Assembly: GCA_965218975.1 (NCBI GenBank)
Contig: OZ244717.1
Coordinates: 672,001-736,000 of the forward strand
Direction: 5' to 3'
DNA length: 64,000 nucleotides
From: Candidatus Oxydemutatoraceae bacterium
Lineage (GTDB): Bacteria; Pseudomonadota; Gammaproteobacteria; Poriferisulfidales; Oxydemutatoraceae
The notes under the pieces are model-generated. The model worked only from the letters and a program-made list of their open reading frames with translations, did no database searches and was not told the DNA's origin. The position numbers and the translations under genes were made by a program. Shown here piece by piece: positions 54,801 through 63,800 of the stretch. Numbering within the stretch: the stretch's first letter is position 1; each line of letters begins with the position of its first letter.

Positions 54801-57800
54801 CTCGTTCGATCCGAGCGAGTACACGGTCAGTGAAGGCGCCGGAGGTGATTCCTCGGGTGAGCTAACTCTCACGCTCAAACTGATCAGCGCCGGGCGCCCG
54901 CCACGCGGTGATGTAACCGTGACTGTCTCGACGCGCGACGGCAGCGCGTTAGCCGTTGAGGATTATGATCCCCCTCTTAACAATGAGGAAGTCGTCTTTT
55001 CATCCGCAGCAGGCGTGACCGAGTCGTCGCAGACAATTAGTATTCGGATTGTCAATAACATTGTTCAAGAACACGGTGATGAGCTCTTTGATCATGAGAG
55101 TTTTTCGGTGGTTATTACGGATGTAACGGCGGCGCATTCCGATGATACGGTCGTGATTGGTCAGGGCGAAGCGACGGTTGCCATCGTCAATGACGATCCG
55201 TCTCCTATCTGGAGTTTGGACATGTTGCCGAGTACTGTCGGTGAAGGTATGGACACAGTGGTACCGATTGTGATGAGACGGATGCATCATATTGATCGGG
55301 GACATCCGTTGACGCTTGAGCTGGGGGGGACGGCGACGTTCGGTGAAGACTACGTCATCACGGATATGCAGGACAATCCGTTCGCGCTACCGCTTACATT
55401 CACTGCGCCGCATATTGTTGTTCCTGACCCAACGTATAGAGCCCGCCTGATGATAATGGACGACTTAGTGTTTGAGGGCGTCGAGACGATTGAAATAAGG
55501 TTGACCACAACGCACCCGTCTGTCTTCACAGATGATACGTCTCAGACGATCACCATCACCGACAACGATGCCGACGCGGCGCCGGTATTCACCAGTTCGG
55601 AAAGTTTTGAGATCAACGAAGGGCAGACGTTAGTCGGTACGGTGGCGGCTGCGGATGCGAACCCGCAAGACGAGGTAACGTATTCGGTTACCGGCGGCGC
55701 AGATCAAGATCAGTTCACCATCGACTCGTCTTCGGGCGAACTGATCTTCACAACCGCACCGGACTATGAGAATCCGGCGGATGCGGACGGAGACAATGTA
55801 TACATGCTCACGGTGGCGGCGAGTGGCGGCACAAGCGCTCGGGCGTTAACGACGACGCAAGCGATTACGGTGATGGTGCTTGATGTGGCTACTACGATCA
55901 CGGTTACGGCAGAGGAGCCGGCAGTAACGGAAGGCGAGCCGACGGTGTTCGTGTTTGAGCGGACCGACTCGACGGATGCGTTGGATTTGTTGGTGAACGT
56001 TACGGTAGTTGCGACCGACGACGAAATGCTTGCGGATGCGGCGCCTAGTAGGGTGACTTTTGCTGCCGGTTCTGCGACAACGGTACTTAGCCTTGCCACC
56101 GTCATTGATGAAATGATTGGCGACAGAACGGTGATGGTTACCGTGAACGACGGTATGGGTTATGAGGTCGGTATTGAGAATAGCGCCGAGGTGCGGGTGA
56201 TCAACGTCAACGTGGCACCGGTATTCACCAGTTCGGAAAGTTTTGAGGTCAACGAAGGGCAGACGGTAGTGGGCACGGTGACGGCTGCGGATGCGAACCC
56301 GCAAGACGAGGTAACGTATTCGGTTACCGGCGGTGCGGATGAGGCCTTGTTCACCTTCGCCGACTCGTCTTCGGGCGAACTGATCTTCACAACCGCACCG
56401 GACTATGAGAATCCGGCGGATGCGGATACGGATAACGTTTATATGCTCATCGTGACGGCGGCCGGCGGCACGGACGCTCGGGCGTTGACGACGACGCAAG
56501 CGATTACGGTGACGGTGCTTGATGTGGCTACTACGATTACGATTGCGGCGGCGGAGCCGGCGGTAACAGAAGGTGAGCCTGCGGTGTTCGTGTTTGAGCG
56601 GACCGACTCGACGGATGCGCTGGCATTGGCGGTGAACATTACGGTAGATGATCCCGACGGGGTGCTTGCGGCAGCGGCACCTGAAATGGTGACTTTTGCT
56701 GCCGGTTCTGCGACAGCGGAGCTCAGTCTTGCCACCGACGACGATACGCTTGAAGAAGACGACAGCGTAGTGACGGTTACCATCATAGACGGTGCGGACT
56801 ATAGGATCGGTATTGAGAACAGTACTTCGGTGCGTGTTGTCGACGACGACGTCAACGTGGCGCCGGCATTCATCAGTGCAGCAAGTTTTGAGGTCAACGA
56901 AGGGCAGACGGTAGTCGGCACGGTGACGGCTGCGGATGCGAACATAGAAGACGAGGTGATGTATTCGGTTACCGGCGACGGTGTGGATGATGCTCTGTTT
57001 GCAATCAACTCGTCTTCGGGCGAGTTGAGTTTTGTCACCGCACCGGACTTTGAGAATCCGGTGGATACGGATGAAGACAATAACTACATGCTCACGGTGA
57101 CGGCGAGCGGCGGCACGGACGCTCGAGCGTTGACGACGACGCAAGCGATTACAGTGGCGGTGCTTGATGTGGCTACGACGATTACGATTATGGCGGCAGA
57201 GCCGGTGGTAATGGAAGGCGAGCCGGCGGTGTTTACATTCAGTCGGACAGACGCGACGGAGGCGCCGGTATTGGCGGTGAACATTACGGTAGATGATCCC
57301 GACGGGGTGCTTGCGGCAGCGGCACCTGAAATGGTGACTTTTGCTGCCGGTTCTGCGACAGCGGCGCTCAGTCTTGCCACCGACGACGATACGCTTGAAG
57401 AAGACGACAGCACGGTAACGGTTACCGTTGTCGCCACTACGGATTATGAGGTCGGCATTGAGAATAGTGCCGAGGTGCGGGTTGTCGACAACGACGTCAA
57501 CGTGGCGCCGGTATTTACGAGTTCGGCAAGTTTTGATGTCAACGAAGGGGAGACGGTAGTCGGCACGGTGACGGCTGAGGATGCGAACATAGAAGACGAG
57601 GTGACGTATTCGGTTACTGGCGGCGCAGATCAAGATCAATTCACAATTGACTTGTCTTCGGGCGAGTTGAGTTTCGCCACTGTACCGGACTATGAGAATC
57701 CGGCGGACGCGGATACGGATAACGTTTATATGCTCATCGTGACGGCGATCGGCGGCACGGACGCTCGGGCGTTAACGACGACGCAAGTGATTACGGTGAC

Positions 57801-60800
57801 GGTGCTTGATGTGCCTACGACGATTACGATTGCGGCGGCAGAGCCGGCGGTAACAGAAGGCGAGCCTGCGGTGTTCGTGTTTGAGCGGACCGACTCGACA
57901 GAGGCGCCGGTATTGGCGGTGAACATTATAGTAGATGATCCCGACGGAGTGCTTGCGGCAGCGGCGCCTAGTAGGGTGACTTTTGCTGCCGGTTCTGCGA
58001 CAACGGTACTTAGCCTTGCCACCGTCATTGATGAAATGATTGGCGACAGAACGGTGATGGTTACCGTGAACGACGGTATGGGTTATGAGGTCGGTATTGA
58101 GAATAGTGCTTCGGTGCGTGTTGTCGACGACGACGTCAACGTGGCGCCGGCATTCACCAGTGCAGCAAGTTTTGATGTCAACGAAGGGGAGACGGTAGTG
58201 GGCACGGTGACGGCTGAGGATGCGAACCCGCAAGACGAGGTAACGTATTCGGTTACCGGCGGTGCGGATGGCACCCTGTTCACCATTGACCCGTCTTCGG
58301 GTGAGTTGAGTTTTGCCACCGCACCGGACTATGAGAATCCGGCGGATGCGGATACGGATAACGTTTATATGCTCATCGTGACGGCGGCCGGCGGCACAGA
58401 CGCTCGAGCGTTGACGACGACGCAAGCGATTACGGTGACGGTGCTTGATGTGGCTACGACGATCACGATTACGGCGGACGATGCAGAGGTTACGGAAGGC
58501 GAGCAGGCGATGTTCACGCTTGAGCGGACCGACGCGACGGATGCGCCGGTATTGGCGGTGAACATTACGGTAGATGATCCCGGCGGAGTGCTTGCGGCAG
58601 CGGCACCTGAAATGGTGACTTTTAACGCCGGTTCTGCGACAGCGGAGCTCAGTCTTGCCACCGACGACGATACGCTTGATGAAGCCGACAGCGTAGTGAC
58701 GGTTACCATCATAGACGGTGTGGGCTATAGGATCGGTATTGAGAACAGTGCTTCGGTGCGTGTTGTCGACAACGACGTCAACGTGGCGCCGGTATTCAGC
58801 GATCCGGTAAGTTTTGAGGTCAACGAAGGGCAGACGGTAGTGGGCACGGTGACGGCTGCGGATGCGAACCCGCAAGACGAGGCAACGTATTCGGTTACCG
58901 GCGGTGCGGATGAGGCCTTGTTCACCATCGACTCGTCTTCGGGCGAACTGATCTTCACAACCGCACCGGACTATGAGAATCCGACGGATGCGGACGGAGA
59001 CAATGCATACATGCTCACGGTGGCGGCAATCGGCGGCACGAACGTTCGGGCGTTAACGACGACGCAAGCGATTACGGTGACGGTGCTTGATGTGCCTACG
59101 ACGATCACGATTACGGCGGATAAGGCAGAGGTCACGGAAGGCGAGCCGGCGACATTCACGCTTGAGCGGACCGACGCGACGGATGCGCCGGTATTGGCGG
59201 TGAACATTACGGTAGATGATCCCGACGGAGTGCTTGCGGCAGCGGCGCCTGGTATGATGACTTTTGACGCCGATTCTGCGACAGCGATGCTCAACCTTGC
59301 CACCATTGATGATACGCTTGAAGAAGACGACAGCGTAGTGACGGTTACCATCATAGACGGTGCGGACTATAGGATCGGTATTGAGAATAGTGCTTCGGTG
59401 CGTGTTGTCGACGACGACGTCAACGTGGCGCCGGCATTCAGCGATCCGGTAAGTTTCGAGGTTGACGAAGGGCAGACGGTGGTCGGCACGGTGACGGCTG
59501 AGGATGCGAACATGGGGGATGAGGTAACGTATTCGGTTACCGGCGGTGCGGATGGCACCCTGTTCACCATTGACCCGTCTTCGGGTGAGTTGAGTTTTGC
59601 CACCGCACCGGACTATGAGAATCCGGTGGATGCGGATACGGATAACGTTTATATGCTCATTGTGACGGCAATCGGCGGCACGGGTGTTCGGGCGTTGACG
59701 ACGACGCAAGCGATTACGGTGATGGTGCTTGATGTGGCTACTACGATCACGGTTACGGCAGAGGAGCCGGCAGTAACGGAAGGCGAGCCGGCGGTGTTCG
59801 TGTTTGAGCGGACCGACTCGACGGATGCGCTGGCATTGACGGTGAACATTACGGTAGATGATCCCGGCGGAGTGCTTGCGGATGCGGCGCCTGGTATGGT
59901 GACTTTTGACGCCGGTTCTGCGACAGCGGTGCTTAGCCTTGCCACCATTGATGATACGCTTGAAGAAGCCGACAGCGTAGTGACGGTTACCATCATAGAT
60001 GGTGTGGGCTATAGGATCGGTATTGAGAACAGTGCTTCGGTGCGTGTTGTCGACGACGACGTCAACGTGGCGCCGGCATTCACCAGTGCAGCAAGTTTTG
60101 ATGTCAACGAAGGGGAGACGGTAGTGGGCACGGTGACGGCTGAGGATGCGAACCCGCAAGACGAGGTAACGTATTCGGTTACCGGCGGTGCGGATGGCAC
60201 CCTGTTCACCATTGACCCGTCTTCGGGCGAGTTGAGTTTCGCCGCTGCACCGGACTTTGAGAATCCGACGGATGCGGACGGAGACAATGCATACATGCTC
60301 ACGGTGGCGGCAATCGGCGGCACGAACGTTCGGGCGTTAACGACGACGCAAGCGATTACGGTGACGGTGCTTGATGTGCCTACGACGATCACGATTACGG
60401 CGGATAAGGCAGAGGTCACGGAAGGCGAGCCGGCGACATTCACGCTTGAGCGGACCGACTCGATGGATGCGTCGACATTGACGGTGAACATTACGGTAGA
60501 TGATCCCGACGGGGTGCTTGCGGCAGCGGCACCTGAAATGGTGACTTTTGCTGCCGGTTCTGCGACAGCGGAGCTCAGTCTTGCCACCGACGACGATATG
60601 CTTGAAGAAGACGACAGCGTAGTGACGGTTACCGTCATAGGCGGTGCGGGCTATAGGATCGGTATTGAGAACAGTGCTTCGGTGCGTGTTGTCGACGACG
60701 ACGTCAACGTGGCGCCGGCATTCACCAGTGCAGCAAGTTTTGATGTCAACGAAGGGGAGACGGTAGTGGGCACGGTGACGGCTGAGGATGCGAACCCGCA

Positions 60801-63800
60801 AGACGAGGTAACGTATTCGGTTACCGGCGGTGCGGATGATGCCCTGTTTGATATCGACTCGTCTTTGGGCGAACTGATCTTCACAACCGCACCGGACTAT
60901 GAGAATCCGACAGATGCGGATACGGATAACGTTTATATGCTCATCGTGACGGTGGCCGGCGGCACAGACGCTCGAGCGTTGACGACGACGCAAGCGATTA
61001 CGGTGACGGTGCTTGATGTGGCTACGACGATCACGATTACGGCGGACGATGCAGAGGTAACAGAAGGCAAGCCGGTAATGTTCACGTTTGAGCGGACCGA
61101 CTCGACGGATGCGCCGGCATTGACAGTGAACATTACGGTAGATGATCCCGGCGGAGTGCTTGCGGATGCGGCGCCTGGTATGGTGACTTTTGCCGTCGGT
61201 TCTGCGAGAACGGTGCTTAGCCTTGCCACCATTGATGAAATGATTGGCGACAGAACGGTGATGGTTACCGTGAACGACGGTATGGGTTATGAGGTCGGTA
61301 TTGAGAATAGCGCCGAGGTGCGGGTGATCGACGTCAACGTGGCACCGGTATTCAGCGATGCGGTAAGTTTTGATGTCAACGAAGGGGAGACGGTAGTGGG
61401 CACGGTGACGGCTGAGGATGCGAATATAGAAGACGAAGTGACGTATTCGATTACCGGCGGCACGGATGGTGCCCTGTTCACCATTGACCCGTCTTCGGGT
61501 GAGTTGAGTTTTGCCACCGCACCGGACTATGAGAATCCGGCGGATGCGGATACGGATAACGTTTATATGCTCATCGTGACGGCGGCCGGCGGCACAGACG
61601 CTCGAGCGTTGACGACGACGCAAGCGATTACGGTGACGGTGCTTGATGTGGCTACGACGATCACGATTACGGCGGACGATGCAGAGGTCACGGAAGGCGA
61701 GCAGGCGATGTTCACGCTTGAGCGGACCGACTCGACGGATGCGCTGGCATTGACGGTGAACATTACGGTAGTTGCGACCGACGACGAAGTGCTTGCGGAT
61801 GCGGCGCCTGGTATGGTGACTTTTGACGCCGGTTCTGCGAGAACGGTGCTTAGCCTTGCCACCATTGATGATACGCTTGAAGAAGATGACAGCACGGTGA
61901 CGGTTACTGTTGTCGACAGTACGGATTATGAGGTCGGCATTGAGAACAGTGCTTCGGTGCGTGTTGTCGACGACGACGTCAACGTGGCGCCGGCATTCAC
62001 CAGTGCAGCAAGTTTTGATGTCAACGAAGGGGAGACGGTAGTGGGCACGGTGACGGCTGAGGATGCGAACCCGCAAGACGAGGTAACGTATTCGGTTACC
62101 GGCGACGGTGCGGATGATGCTCTGTTTGCAATCGACTCGTCTTCGGGCGAGTTGAGTTTCGCCACCGTACCGGACTATGAGAATCCGGCGGATGCGGATA
62201 CGGATAACGTTTATATGCTCATCGTGACGGCGGCCGGCGGCACGGACGCTCGGGCGTTGACGACGACGCAAGCGATTACGGTGACGGTGCTTGATGTGGC
62301 TACTACGATTACGATTGCGGCGGACGATGCAGAGGTCACGGAAGGCGAGCCGGTAATGTTCACGTTTGAGCGGACCGACTCAACGGATGCGCTTGCATTG
62401 ACAGTGAACATTATGGTAGATGATCCCGACGGAGTGCTTGCGGATGCGGCGCCTGGTATGGTGACTTTTGACGCCGGTTCTGCGAGAACGGTGCTTAGCC
62501 TTGCCACCATTGATGATACGCTTGAAGAAGATGACAGCGTAGTGACGGTTACCATCATAGACGGTGCGGGCTATAGGATCGGTATTGAGAACAGTGCTTC
62601 GGTGCATGTTGTCGACGACGACGTCAATGTGGCGCCGGCATTCACCAGTGCAGCAAGTTTTGATGTCAACGAAGGGGAGACGGTAGTGGGCACGGTGACG
62701 GCTGAGGATGCGAACCCGCAAGACGAGGTAACGTATTCGGTTACCGGCGGTGCGGGCACCCTGTTCACCATTGACTCGTCTTCGGGTGAGTTGAGTTTTG
62801 CCACCGCACCGGACTATGAGAATCCGGCGGATGCGGATACGGATAACGTTTATATGCTCATCGTGACGGTGGCCGGCGGCACAGACGCTCGAGCGTTGAC
62901 GACGACGCAAGCGATTACGGTGACGGTGCTTGATGTGGCTACGACGATCACGATTACGGCGGACGATGCAGAGGTAACGGAAGGCGAGCCGGTAATGTTC
63001 ACGTTTGAGCGGACAGACTCAACGGATGCGCCGACATTGACAGTGAACATTACGATAGATGCGACCGACGAAGTGCTTGCGGATGCGGCGCCTGGTATGG
63101 TGACTTTTGACGCCGGTTCTGCGAGAACGGTGCTTAGCCTTGCCACCATTGATGATACGCTTGAAGAAGACGACAGCACGGTAACGGTTACCGTTGTCGC
63201 CACTACGGATTATGAGGTCGGTATTGAGAGTAGCGCCGAGGTGCGGGTTGTCGACAACGATGCCGTACCCGGGGCGCCGATGAACTTGACGGCTGGGGCA
63301 GGCAATACTCGGGTAGCGCTAAGTTGGGAAGCGCCTGCCGACCCTGGCACTGCGCCGATTGAGCGTTACGAATATCGCGCGAGCAATGACGCCGGAACGA
63401 TTGGGGATCAGGAATGGAATGCCGCCGGCGATGCGACGGGCGAAGTCAGAACTCAAATCGTATCGAGCTTAAGCAACGACACGGAATACACATTTGAAGT
63501 ACGCGCGGTCAGCGCGGCGGGCAACGGTGCAGCCGCGCAAATCATGGCGACACCGAGTTCCGAGACGGCGGTATTCACTCTGACGTTTGACCCGAGCGAA
63601 TATACGTTCACTGAAAGTGCCGAGAGGGTAACTCTCACGCTCAGACTGATCGGCGAAGGGCGTGCGCTGCAAGATGATGTAACCGTTACTGTCTCGACAC
63701 GCGACGGCAGCGCGGTCACTCCTCAGGATTATGTGGCTATTGAGAATGCGACGGTTGTCTTTGAACCCGAAGAGGGCGTGACCGAGTTAACGCAAACGGT

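Noticed and set aside
43919-63719. Minus-strand ORFs, including long Arg/His-rich and Ser/Thr/Val-rich ones
   Set aside because: Antisense shadows of the giant plus-strand gene
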